Positions 38,813 through 51,905 of a stretch of DNA of 64,000 nt are shown one piece after another (the first letter of the stretch is position 1; each line of letters begins with the position of its first letter). Below the pieces are notes generated by a model, which ran no database searches, was not told where the DNA came from, and saw only the letters and a list, made by a program, of their open reading frames with translations. The translations under genes were made by a program, and so were the position numbers. This stretch comes from Callorhinchus milii (Eukaryota), in contig NW_024704742.1 in NCBI RefSeq assembly GCF_018977255.1, forward strand, positions 80,478,001 to 80,542,000. Reading direction: 5' to 3'.

Positions 38813-39250
38813 CAGCCAGCTTGGCTCATCGGCAGGACTTTCATGGTCAGACTGGTCATTAGGAGCAAGAAATTTTTCTCATTTAGCTCCTGTTAACCCT
38901 GCAAGTCAAAGCCCTAATGAATAGGCCAATCCTATCTGGTGAAGCAGCTGGAAGCTTGTCAGCCAGTACTTTCAATGTCAAACTATGCAGATTTAGCTGG
39001 TAAAACTGCAGCACTATCCCATAGCACTCTCCGGGGTCCCCAAGCTTTACCTTACCAATTCAGGCCTAATATTTTTCAAAATTAGTTAAGTAGAGTATGT
39101 CACTCTGTGGATAGATTGCATATTCCATTCTGGATACAAGAAAATTTCTATGCGTGTGTGGCATTGATATGTGGAACTCTCGATCTGGTTCATATACCCT
39201 CATGCATGGTGATGGGTGTGCATGTGTCAGAAACTTGGCTGACGAAAACA
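38813..39250 (+). repeat. Repeat family X, copy 4 (longest traced)
   Basis: Aligns with the reverse complement of 58283-58688 from CAGCCAGCTTGGCTCATCGGCAGGACTT to GTCAGAAACTTGGCTGACGAAAA. Confidence 0.75.
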
Positions 39251-39393
39251 ATTATTTTGTTGCTAGAGAATTGCACAGAATTTAGACTGAGAGGTGTGTT
39301 TACATTGAAAGTAAGTGGTATTTGTCTTCTTGATGGAGCTACATATTTGTGAAGGTATGTGTTCACCTGCAATCTACAGTCACAACACTGTAC

Positions 39394-40210
39394 AATAACA
39401 ACAACAAGATTATATGTATATAGCGCCTTTCATGTCAGGAGGACGTCCCTAGGCACTGGACAGTGTACAGCATTTCAGACCCGAGCTGGGGTCGGGGGGG
39501 GGGGAGAAGGGAGGGGAGGGGAAGGAGGGTGACTAATGGCTAGTCAAAGAGGAGGGTTTTGAGGCAGGACTTGAAGGAGGCTAAGGAGGGGGAGAGGCGA
39601 AGTGATTGGGGGATGAAATTCCAGAGGTTGGGGGCAGAGTGGCTGAAGGCTTCCTGCTAATGGTGGGGTGGGTGGGTCGGGGGACATGGAACAGGCCGGA
39701 GCTGGCTGAGCGGAGCTAGCAGATGGGTTGGTAGCTGGTTAGGAGATTACAGAGGTAGGGTGGGGCAAGGCCATGGAGGGCTTTGTAGGTGAGGACCAGG
39801 ATCTTGAACTGGAACCTCTGAAGGATAGGGAGCCAATGGAGTCAGGCAAGAATGGGGGAAATGGGGTCACGGAGTTTGGTGTGGAAGAGGACACGGGCTG
39901 CAGAGTTCTGGATTATCTGCAGTTTATGGAGGGAGGAGTTGGGAAGGCCGACAAGCAGGGCATTTGCATAGTCGAGCCTGGAGGTGATGAAGGCATGAAC
40001 AAGAGTTTCAGCGGCCTGAAGGGTGAGGTAGTGGCAGAGTCGGGCGATGTTACGGAGGTCAGGGTGGGTCATGGCTTGGATGTGGGGAAGAAAAGACAGT
40101 TGAGAGACACCAAGACACCTAAGTTCCTGACTGGCTTGATGAGTTCTAGTGTGCAACCATCGAGTTTGATGCTGCCAGAGCCTGAGGTGCAGAGGCGCTG
40201 GCGCGAGCAA
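39394..40210 (-). mobile_element. L2 3' fragment
   Basis: LRNIARL, LVHAFITSRLDYAN; tail. Confidence 0.93.
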
Positions 40211-41299
40211 TAAATCATGTGAAGAGCTTTGAGAAATACTCCTGATGTGAAACTCATCACATTAAATAGAAGGCTCAGTCAGTCAGTTATTTCAATCATT
40301 TAATGTCTCTCTGTTACCTATGCCAATGCTAGTCAGATACTTGTGAAATTCAGAGGAAAAGGCAACTGAATTCGCCAATTGATAGATGACCGAGAATTGG
40401 CAAGGTAAATAACATGGCCAGATGTGGCTCTCAATCTTTAGGACAGTTTGAATCATGTACGTATCTAACACTTTATTTGAGTTGAGTATTTTGTCATCCA
40501 GAGTTACAAGCAGATAGTTATTTTATGGCTTTAGCACGTGTAAGTGAGCTACCGCACAGCAAAGGTAACATCCAAGCCAGAGTAAAGAGGCTTTCCATCA
40601 ATTAACTTGGCAATTTCATCAAATTTCTTAAGCAATATTGGGTTGGTGATTCACCACGATTGATGATTTTATAGCATGGCTCAATTGCTGAGGAACTTGA
40701 ACTGCAATGCAGAATGTTTTACTAAATGTGTTCACTAACATAATATCACTTTTGAGTGCAGCACTGTAGATTTCCCTTCAGAGTTCACTGCTAATAAAAC
40801 AAGACGTTGCGTATGATTAGGCTCTGTGCAGTTTTTTTTATTGATGTTGCCTGGTCTAGACAAGCTTTACGTTTATTTTAATAAATAATAATGATAACAG
40901 TTAGACATTGGGCAATTAGTAAAAACTGGCATCCTTTTGGGTTTCAAACCATTTTGGAGTGAAATAAAAGATGCCTTAAGTGCTCCCGGTTTTCATATTA
41001 ATTTGATTATCTTTAAGACTGGCCTCAATGGATACATTCATATTATGTTTAGACTTTGCTGATTGATTTGTTCAATAAACTGATTCAAATTATAAGTGAT
41101 GGAAACACTTACAGACAACTTGGTTTGTATCTGTTAAATTCACAACTCCCAGGCTTGACTTAATTTCAACCTTACGTTGTCTGTATGAACTAAATCAACA
41201 GACTACACAATGATGTTTGTTGTTAATAGAATTTACTTCTAGAAATACCAAGACAGTAGGACAATAAGCCTTGGTCTGGGTTGTGAAGGACAATTTTAG

Positions 41300-41640
41300 G
41301 ATTGCCATATGTCTGATACACATTGCCATCCATCATCACACTAAAGAGTTCAAAGTCAGACAGAGAGTTCCACACATATATGCCACATGTATACACCATT
41401 TGTCTAAAACATGCACACATTACAGTTAGTTCTGTGAAGCCCTTTGAGACTGCCTCCTGAAGTGAAAGGAGCTATAGCAAATGTAAGCATAATTATTGCT
41501 ATTTACCTAAGCATGCAAATTTCCCTGTGTCTGCAATGGTGTGAATGCATTTCCTGGAGGGGCATATCCTGCTGACCTAATTCTGGAGAATATTAGGAGC
41601 TGGCTAGCAAGGCTTGGTCACCCCAGAGTGTTTGTTGGAA
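41300..41640 (-). repeat. Repeat family X, copy 5, interrupted by a SINE tail fragment (about 41400-41500)
   Basis: GAGAGTTCCACACATATATGCCAC and CCTGTGTCTGCAATGG...CCTGGAGGG motifs. Confidence 0.7.
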
Positions 41641-41794
41641 ATGTCTATTTCTTGTGCTAATTAACACAAGAAATATTGCAAATAAAACAGGTCACACAAA
41701 TGTTATGTCATACCATCTTCTGGTTGCTTTATCCATTTCTATAATTGTTGTCTTTTGTGTTAACTTTGTTAACAATATTGAAACAATATAAATA

Positions 41795-42190
41795 AATATA
41801 GCAAATTTCATGTCAGATGAACATTTCAAAGCATTTCACATGATTTACAATAATGTGCAGTGACTGTATAAGCAAAATGCAGCAGTTAATGCGCACACAG
41901 TAATGTCTCACAAACAGCCATGAAGTGTATGATCAATTCTATAATAGTGATTGTTGGCCAGGACCCTTGGAGAAAAATAATTTTGAAATAATGCAATGGA
42001 ATACTTAATGTCCGCCAGATTGGACCTCTGTTTAAAATCTCATTTTAGTAATGGCACTTTGGACAATGCATGACATCCCTAGCACTGCAGTGTCGATCTA
42101 CACTATGAACTCAAAATCACTGATGTGGGTCTTCAACCCACAACCTTCTTACTCAGGCAAACGTATTACCAACTGAGCCTGGCTGACATC
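41795..42190 (-). mobile_element. Old Deu-type SINE, full length
   Basis: Head CCAACTGAGCCTGGCTGACA, AACCCACAACCTTCT; body and tail. Confidence 0.8.
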
Positions 42191-43129
42191 TAAAAAAATA
42201 TACAAAAAGTACTCAGTGCACCTGAACATTCCATTAGTGCCCAATGCAGGTTTGTTGTGGAAAAATTATCAGAGCCAAATCCTTTTTACTATCTGAGTGT
42301 AGAAATCCAATTGTAAACAATTCGACAGCCCTGCAATATCTGACATCTCTGATGAGTCATCTTTATTCTAAATTAGCTTTGGATTCACCCATTGATTTCA
42401 TGTGATTCCAAATGTTAAGAATTTATTTTGCAGACTAAGATTTGCAATTCAGGTCATTAACTGTCCTCTCTCGTGCTTCAGCTGTAAGAGATTCCTCATT
42501 CTGTCACCTTCAATAAAACAAGAGCTGGAGTGATTGACTCTGGAAAAGAGTCGATAGATTTGGGCCAAAGGTGTTAGAGACACGTTTACAAAGACAAATG
42601 CTAAATAATGGACATCGGAATAGAAGACACAAAGCCTGCATCAATAATGGATGAGTGAACATTGGTAAAAGTGATAGATGAAAATGTTTCAAATGTAGTT
42701 ATTGACCATTCACATTAAACAAAGTGTTAAGTCAAGGTAAGACTCTTAAGTATGAAAATGCCTCAAAGCCATTTGCCTGTTATTTGAAGTAGGTTATCTT
42801 AAATCAATATAATTCATTATTATGTTCACAATATTTTGTGGAAAAAAGTTGTGCATTTTACTTCCAAAATACCATTGGGATGAAAAACTGTGACTTTATA
42901 ATAATAAATAATCCTTGCATTTGATATAGGCCTTATCACGTTATTGAGACATCTCGAAGCACTTCAAAGAATATATTGTAAAGTGGATTGACTACTGTAT
43001 GGACGAAACATTGGCAGTCAATTGTGCACAGCATTTTCCCAAAAACTTATGTAGTGCCCTCCATGCAGGATAACGTCTCAAAGCGTTTAACAGTGGCGCA
43101 AACCAGGCATGGAATGAATAATAATAATA

Positions 43130-43652
43130 ATATAATAATAATATGACTATTAGAATGAATGACTATTTTAGGAGATTATTGCCCCCGCTAAAGCGATCTA
43201 CCACTCGACTAACAACTGGGTTATTATTTACTGCTAGGTAAACAGAGTTTGTGGAGAAAGGAAACTTGCCTACGGTTTCGCCCTGGCTGGGAATAGAACC
43301 TGGGTCCTCTTGCTTATGGAGTCCTGTAGCTCAGTGGTTAGAGCACTCGCTTTGCAAGTGAGAGACCTGAGTTCAATTCCAGGCAGAGGGCGAAACCTTG
43401 GGCAAGTTTCCTTACTTCACACGCCTAATAATAATCCCTCCAAAACCAAAAACAATAATAAATTGGTCATTTTCAATCTACGACTGTTTGTGGGACATTG
43501 CTGTGTGCAATTAGCTGCCGCGTTCTCCCACAAATATACAGTCAATTCACTTTACAGTGTGTTCTGTGAAGCGCTTTGGGACGTCCTCCTGACGTGAAAT
43601 GCGCTATATTAAATGCAAGGATTAAGTGCACTAACCACTATGCTATGGGACT
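43130..43652 (-). mobile_element. Long-form SINE (partial) interrupted in its tRNA head by a young SINE
   Basis: Parts 43130-43317 and 43625-43652 join into a reverse-complement SINE head. Confidence 0.8.
43318..43624 (+). mobile_element. Short-form young SINE, full length
   Basis: Near-identical to 2618 and 25130. Confidence 0.95.
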
Positions 43653-45134
43653 TTCAATATTATAATTGTTAATAGCAGCATTGAATGTTGCAGTATTCAC
43701 CCTTATTGATCCATTAAAGAGAAGTCTCATAGGAAAGCAATAACGGCTTTGTTGTCCATTTTCAAAGATTGTGTTTTTTGTGAAGGTCATCATTCAGCTG
43801 AAGCTGAAAGAAAACAGTTAGAGCCTAAAGTACAGATAATGTAAATTTATCTTAAATTATTAACATACAATTAAAGAATCTAATGAGAAATTATGTCCAC
43901 AATATTTTGTGTAAAAATGGTGTGCATTCTACTTCTGCACTTTAAGATTCAAACACTGAACCTTTTTTNCCTAAAGAGGATATGTGCGGAGTAAACTCCA
44001 ACCAAATCAGAGTGACTATTTCCCTTTAAAAGAGCTGCAAAATATCTGTTGAAGGATGGTACTGAAGGATATATAGATAAGTATTTGGCTTAGATGATTA
44101 AACACCATGCAGAATTATTTGCTTCTTGTGCTGCTGGAAATATGGAAATGTCAACTGTCCAAATATGAAAAATGTAGACTGTAATGTTTGATTCATATTC
44201 CATAATTTGTTGCCAGATTCCCTTAGGGTCAGTGCAAAAGTTCACAGAGTTTTATCTTTTTGTATGTTTCGCCTGCAGTGATTTATTTTCCGCAAGAGAT
44301 TAAATAAGTTGGGCTGAGTCCATAAAGGTATACATTGTGCATAGTCTGCTGAAAGGAGCAAGGTTGTTTCTATGTGTTCTTAGGAAAGAAGCCCAAATAT
44401 CTGTCAAACTGTATATGATGTATTAAGGATTTATCCACCATAACTCACAGTTTCCGGAATCCAATAATACCATGATTCGCCAAAGATACATGAATATATG
44501 CAAGCAGCCTGAAAACGTCTTCAGTAAAAAATTAATACTCGACACATATTTTATAAGAAATGTCAGGTTATAATGTCAAGTTAAGTACCTGACAAACAAA
44601 GAGATGGACTTCAGGTCTCATGTTGATCTGATATCACTGATGTCTAAAGTTTCTTCACAGACCAAATCCTAGCAAGCTTAATGATGACAATCTCCAAGAA
44701 TAACAGCATATTCTCAGTTGTTAAAATCATTAGATTTTCGATAAGAACATAATTTTACCTTTCACATGAAAGGTCCCCATATCAACTTCTACAGCAAAAT
44801 CCACTCTTTCCACAAAATCCACTCTTTCCATATAAAGAACATTTGTTCCGCTGATGTTCATGAGATGCAAATTGATCTGCCAGATGTCAGATCTGTTATT
44901 AACGTATGGTAAACAATAAGCTTTATTAAATGCAGCATCTCTTAACCTTCATTCAGGAAATTATTCCACAAATAACAATTTTTGTGACAGAAAATTTGCA
45001 GTGACCAAGAAACATGCTGCTGAGAGAACATTCGATAAGAGTTTAGCCAGACAATTGTAAATTTGTGACAGATAATTTTTTTTGCTCAATTCAAATTGGA
45101 ATAGATATCATTTGGTCCCACTCTCTAATAATTA

Positions 45135-45520
45135 TAATAATTCTTGCATTTGATAAAGCTCTTCATCATGTCATTGAGACATCTCAAAGTGCATCACACG
45201 ATATAATCTAAAGTGGATTGACTGTGTATTTTGTGGCTGTAATACGGCGATACAGTTGCGCACAGCAATGTCCCACAAACAGCCATCGAGTGAGTGACCA
45301 ATTTTATTTTGGGGGATTGTTGGCCAGGACACCAGGAGAAACTTCCTTCTCTTTTTGAATAGTACCATGGGATCTTTAACACCCACCTCTGACAATGCAA
45401 CACAATCCCATTCTCCTTCAACGGCACCTCTGACAATGCAACACATGTCCCGATATGGAGGTTGAACCCACAACTTTCTGACTCAGAGATAAGAAAGCTA
45501 CCACTACACCAGGGTGACAC
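45135..45520 (-). mobile_element. Old Deu-type SINE
   Basis: Tail, CACAGCAATGTCCCACAAACAGCCAT, GGCCAGGACACCAGGAG, head. Confidence 0.85.
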
Positions 45521-45527
45521 AAAAAAA

Positions 45528-45925
45528 CTTCTGAGTCAAAAGATTATGGGTTCCAGCCCCACCTCCAGATTTTGAACTTAAAGTCTAGGTTGGCATTTCA
45601 GTGCAAAGCCGGGGGAGCGCTGCACTGTTGGAGGTGCAGTCCTTCAGTTCAGACATTAAAATGAGGCGTTGTTGGCTTGTTTAGATGGCTATTAAAGATC
45701 CCATGGCATTATTCGAAAAAGAAAGGACATTTTTCCAATGCCTTGGCCAACAATTCCCCCAAATAAAATTCACTAAATGGCTGTTTATGAACATTGCCAT
45801 GCACAATTTGACTGCCATGATTATCTCCAAAATACATTCACTATACTTTTCATTAAAACACGTTTGAAGCACTTTGAAATGTTTCAATATCATGGTAAAA
45901 GTGCCACTTCAAATGTAAGGATTAT
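45528..45925 (+). mobile_element. Old Deu-type SINE
   Basis: CTGAGTCAAAAGATTATGGGTTC head, GCTGCACTGTTGGAGGTGC, AAAGATCCCATGGCA, tail. Confidence 0.85.
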
Positions 45926-46559
45926 AACTGGCCATCTTGTATTATATCCTTTTTCAGTCTATTTGGGTAAATGAACAATATCAATTATAATTAATGTATC
46001 TGCAGCAAATATATCTGGAGATTAATATATCTGCCAACAAACAATTCACTTAAAACTTATTCTATTTTCCAGAAAAATCTCATGGACAAATTGATTCATT
46101 TTATTTCCAGGAATATGGGGCACTGTATTCCCAAATGTGAAAACTTTCCAATTGGTTTGTCATTCAGTACAACAGTTTCTCATCAATCTCTTGATTCTGG
46201 GCAACTCTCTTCTTCTCCCCAAGGAAATGTAATTCCTCTCCCTTCTGTCATTTTATTTTGTATTGTGTTTTTTTTCCCTTTTGCATGGAACTGAGTGCAG
46301 CTTTATTTTTATTATCAGCCTGATGTTTTTCAATGGTTTTCAGCTGCCGCTGCTTCCACCTCCCACCACACACTGGACTGAAACAAATGAGATTGAAAGA
46401 TGATAGAAGTGGAAACAATCCTTATTCAGATACGGTATAACATTCTAGTTTGTAAAAGGATATTGCATTTTCTTTATATTGATACGCTCATGTGGCATCT
46501 GTGTACAATTAACATTTTTACAATCAATCCCATTTTTCAATCTCATTTAAAAATGTATA

Positions 46560-47050
46560 GAACTTTATGAAGTACCCTCTGACTCAACTTCTCTCTAGAT
46601 TGAAGAGCCCCAGCTCTTTAATCGTTACTCAAAGCTCATTCCTTTAACACTTGGGATTATCATCGTTGCTCTCTTCTGCATTGCCTCTCGGGCTATGACA
46701 ACCCCCATAACTCCATGTAGTATTCGAAGTACGGTCTCGCTGGAACTCTGTGCTGCCTGAGAGTGATGTCTGGGGATCTAAACTCAACCGATTTAAAAGT
46801 ATAGGCCAACATCCTATTTGCCTTGTTTATTGCTGCCTCATATTGTGTTGACATAGTGAGTAACAAGTGATTTAACATCTCTACATCTCTTTCAGCTTCC
46901 CGCTTGACAAGTTCATTCCTACCCATTGTTTCCGATTCTTAAATTGAATATGTAGTACCTTGATTATTATTAGTATTAAGCTACATTTACCAGTTATGAG
47001 CCCTTGTGCATATCTAATCAAGCTATCTTCTTTCGACTCCGGGACCACCT
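46560..47050 (-). mobile_element. Old CR1 fragment
   Basis: AAINKANRMLAY...ARPYFEYYMELW motif. Confidence 0.75.
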
Positions 47051-47445
47051 GTCCTGACATAATGCCTGTCATGCATCAAATTCTATCTGAGACCCAATTT
47101 CCCCCAGTTGAATGTTGATAAGACTAAGGCCCTTCTGATTGTCTTCCATCAGCGCCTCCTGCTCTTGTGCGCTAACAGCATCAGGATTCATGGATGCAGT
47201 CTCCACCTCACTGAGACAGTCCAGAACCTTGATGTCTTGTTCGACCCTCAACTGCCTTTTTACCTCCACGTCCATGCCGTGATCCCTTCTGCCTTCTGCC
47301 TCCCCCAACCTCAGCAACATTGCCCACCTCCGCCACTACCTCTCCCCGAAGGTGGACATGACCCTCATCCATGTCCTTTCCTAACATTGAGGCTTCCCAA
47401 TTCTTCCTACTACAAGATAAAGGGCTGTTCAGAACTCTGCATCTT
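47050..47445 (+). mobile_element. Old L2 fragment
   Basis: LNVDKTKALLI...VQNLDVLFDPQL motif. Confidence 0.8.
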
Positions 47446-50400
47446 GTATTCAGTATTCATCCATGTTAAATGATTTCTCTGTATTTGGTCATCTTGTATC
47501 CTGATACCATTTGGATTCCTGGCTGGAATCCAAGCGGTGCAATCCAACAAGGAAACAAATTGGAGCAGTTCACAAATATTCCTTGTGGATTTGATTCTCA
47601 TCTGCAGAGAACTGACATTCGAATGAGTTCTCCCAAAGCACATTTGAATGACACTCAGCAATGGTTACTGAGGTGGAAATTGGTCCAGGTAGAGACAATC
47701 CACAGAAAAATGGAGGGTACGAATGGACATCGAGTATTCTAAGAAAAAAAAATCCATATTGTATATACCGTATAGAGTGAAAGCAAAAGACAAGATAAAT
47801 CTCATTACTCGACATCATATTTTATTGTGAAATTATATTGCTTTCTTGAATTTGATATAAACTGTATTGAATTTCTGCCAAAGCATTAAACATCATGCCA
47901 GAAGATCTGCTTAACGGTACTGTATGACTAGAAAAGATTTATTAGGAGCTTTACCTTTCAGACTGTTATCTTGCTTCCTTCAGGGCTCAGAGCTTTGCAG
48001 ATTTTCAACATGAGAAAGACAATGTGATTGAGTTCAATTATATTATTTGTCACTTTAGTTTAAATGGAGCAATAACTTTGGTAACAAAACACAAGCATCT
48101 ATAGTTTCTTTTTTCCTATGCAAAGTGACAAGACTATATTCACAATAGTTTCAAGCAACTTTTTTTCTTCTATCTGTTTGTCTGTCTATCTGTGTGAGAG
48201 GCAGGGAAAGGATGAATATGAAAAATTATTATTGGTTACGAGGAAGCAATTGGAATGTTGCTTGAGCAGCTTCTATTACTCTATCTGAACACTCTTGCGC
48301 CCTCCGCACCCCGCCCCCCACCCCACCCGCTTCCCCTGCACATCTTAACATCCTGTGGTGAAAGATGTAACACTTTATTGGCAATGATCATCACGAAAAG
48401 TGTCTGTAGCTATCATCAGTTTGGTAGTACACTTACTCCCTCCCCCCACTTCAGCACAGTGGTGTAGTCAGAAGCGGGTTGCATCTCCGAATGGCGCCAT
48501 CATTGTTCTTCCTATTTCTGATTGAGGCCTTTCATTCATGCTGTACGGATTTCCAGCCCGGCTCATAATCACACAGTCCGTAACAAGAAACATGGCACTC
48601 AGGGAACCAAACCAGCAGTGAAACAAACTGGGGGTGGGGGGGTGTGTAATTCTCCAACTTCTCAAAATTTAGACAAGTTTAGGCCAGACTTAAATAATAA
48701 TCCTTATATTTAATATATCACCTTTCACGTAGGGAGGATGGCTCAAAGTGTTTTATGCTTTGTGGGCGGACTTATCGGTGCTAAGATAATCATCACTAAT
48801 GTTAGTTATGACATTGAATGTTGCATTTTCTAACACCCTGTCTTTCTTGCTGTGTAAAAAATAAGGATCCTTGCATTAGTTACAGATGGGGTTAAAACTG
48901 GATTCACATAAGATCACAAATATTAACCAACAGTTTGACCCCAAAAAGGGCAGACCCACAAAATACTTGTAAATTCATTGTGAATCAAGTTGTGACTTTT
49001 TGTATTATATTTACAAACAATGCAAAATACCAAGTGCACTGAGTAAAGTGCCCTGCATAAATGCAAATTGTTATTGATTTTAATGAAGTGTATATGATGG
49101 GATACCTTGGTTTGCAAGAACAAATTGGCAAATACCATTAGACACATCTGAAGATTTGAGTTGGCTATACAATCCTATTGTTAGACTAGTATAACTATTG
49201 AGGCCCTTTCTGTGGCTTGTTTATACCACACTTTATGTGGTATTGAGATATGATTGAAGTAACCAATTTATATTTTTGACAACAGTTGTTTGTGCAATGC
49301 TGTTTGGCTGTGCTTGAGGGAAGTGCATGTGCTAGGGAAGTTGAGACGAAAGATGAAAGAAGGTCACATGTGAAAGCAGGAATCGGAGACCATGAAAATA
49401 AATGATTGTGGCGAGCAAGAGGCAGGGATTGCAAAAAGGAATAACAGACAGCAGCTAGAAAAACAAGAGACATGTAATGAGAATGAAAGGTACTGGAAAA
49501 CAGAGAAGAGACAGTTTATGAAAAGGAACCAAGATTTTACAAAATGACAGAACATACAATATTACTTTGCAGCAAGTAATTCCGGATGTATTTGTTTCAA
49601 TTTTATTGTATTAGTGGGAGAAATTGTGACAATGTATAGTCATTCTTCCCCTCTCTTCTTAAGTCTGTGATGCATTGATCAAAGCTTCAGCAGAGGCCAG
49701 TTAGAAGTTGCCTGTTGTAACTGGTAGACAATGAACCCCTCAATGTGGTGCCAGGTTCAAGAATAATTCCCTGCAAACACATTATAGAACCTGAGCTCAC
49801 ACTTGCAACAACAAAAAATGATCATACCTCCCAGGTAACAAACAGCATGTTTTCAGTTTTAAATCAGCACAAATAAGACATTTCAAACTTATTCCAACCA
49901 AATCAACATTTTGGATGATTTGTCCCTGAATATATGTGCCCTTTGGAAAATGGGACAGTTTAACTTTTGGATGCATATTGATTGGTAGCTTATCTCACTT
50001 CAGATGCAAAGATTTGTTTTAACCATGTTCTTTAACAGGAAACCCTGTGAATTTCTACAGATCTGTCGAACCAGCGATCTGGTAGTATGGTTGTGTCAGA
50101 GCAAAATATTGTCTTTATGTATTGCCAGTTATCAGAGGGAACCGCCATTTGCTTGACTCTGATTACTTAATTTTATTATTAATAATAAGTATTCATTATT
50201 ATAAATGATTACAAATAATAATTCATTTTTATTTAATGAGGAACTACATTCAGAATTTCAACTTAACTTGTAAAATATATGGGTTTACATACACTTCTTG
50301 TTCATAAAATCCAATAAGATATTTGATCCATGTTTGACTGTGACCTAATATTAGCACATTCTTCTTGACATCTTCTTGACATGTTTCATATTTTTATGTG

Positions 50401-51534
50401 CTTTCAAGTTAGTTTGACTACTCAACAGCATAACATGCTATCTGAATTACTCTTTTGACTTTCCATTTATTTAATTCATATGTATTCATTACACCTACTA
50501 CATAAATCGGTTTTGTAGTTTTACATCTAAAATGGAGTACAAAGTCTTCTCCAATGCCATCTGTTATTCTTCTGAAATATAGCTTTGTAAAAATATGCCT
50601 CACAATGACTCAGACAACCACATTTGTTGTGATATATTGATCAAAGTCTGCTCTTTGTTTCCTGCAATGCTAACACTTTCATTTGATATAATGTCTTACC
50701 ATGTTAAATGCACTTCATAGCATACAATACAGATTTACATTTACAGAGCCTTTCACGTTGGGAGTTACTTTGAAATGTAGTTATTGCTGTTATGTAGGCA
50801 ACCATGGTGGCTAATCTAAACCAGTATAAGTGCAATTTCCACATAATCCTCTATGAATGAATTGATTTTAAAGTAATAGCATTTGAAGAAAATAGAGATA
50901 TTTCATTAAATACATATCTAATTCTGTAGACCCTTGTCTGTCGCAAATATTTCCACATTATTACAGTAAAATTGTTAACTGTTCTTCATTAACACGAAGA
51001 GTTTAGAGCAGTGATATTTTCTTATTTAAATTAGAAATTTTCTTATTTAAAAATGTAGCCTTTTCCTACATTTTTAGCACCAGCACAGCATTCAACGAGG
51101 TGATGCTGGTAATGCTGGTATTAATAAGCTATGGGCAACTGTTCAAGGAAACATCATAGTAGTTTGGGAAGCAGATAGGATTGAGAACCCGTTAATTGAA
51201 GTAATACTTTTATTTCAGGTATTACTCTTTCAATCATAAATATCTGTCTCTTGCAATATATGTGTAGATAGAAGCAATTCTTCTTATCAGAAACTGATAA
51301 GCCCACTGTCACAGCCTTGAGAAGCTTTTGCAATACGGGCAGAAAAACTTTGGAACCAAGAAGAGTAATAATGGTGTTGCTTTGCATAGGTTTAATATGT
51401 TTGGTAATATACAGTCAAGTAGTTCATAACTTGTTGGATATTCTGAGGGGTGAACAAAGGTTCAAACTATGAACTTCCATAAGTAGACATTTTTTCAGAT
51501 CTGTTGGAGCTTTGAGAAAACATTTTCACAATAA

Positions 51535-51905
51535 TATAATAATAATCATAATAATAATCCTTGCATTTGATATAGCACTTTTCATGTCTTCTAGATATCT
51601 CAAAGCACTTCTTAGAATATACTGTAAAGTGAATTAACTGTATATTTGTTGGCGGAACGCAGGAGACATTTGCACACAGCAGTGTCCCACAAACAGTTGT
51701 GGATTGAGTGACCAAATTATTATTGCGTTTTTTTGAGAGATTATTATCCCCGGAAAAGCGATCCGCCAATCAACTAAGAACCGGGTTCCTCCTAAACAGA
51801 GACGTTTGAATTAAGGAAACTTGCCCAACATTTCGCCCTGTCGGGAATAAAACCAGGTCTCTCGCTTGCGAGGCAAGTGCTCTAATCACTGAGCTACAGG
51901 AGTCA
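51535..51905 (-). mobile_element. tRNA-derived SINE, long form
   Basis: Internal segment GGAAAAGCGATCCGCCAATCAACTAAGAACCGGGTTCC plus head and tail. Confidence 0.9.

Noticed and set aside
48491..48630. Leader-like peptide MAPSLFFLFLIEAFHSC and J-segment-like GTQGTKPAV
   Set aside because: No V exon, no recombination signal sequence, no canonical FGxG or J donor site
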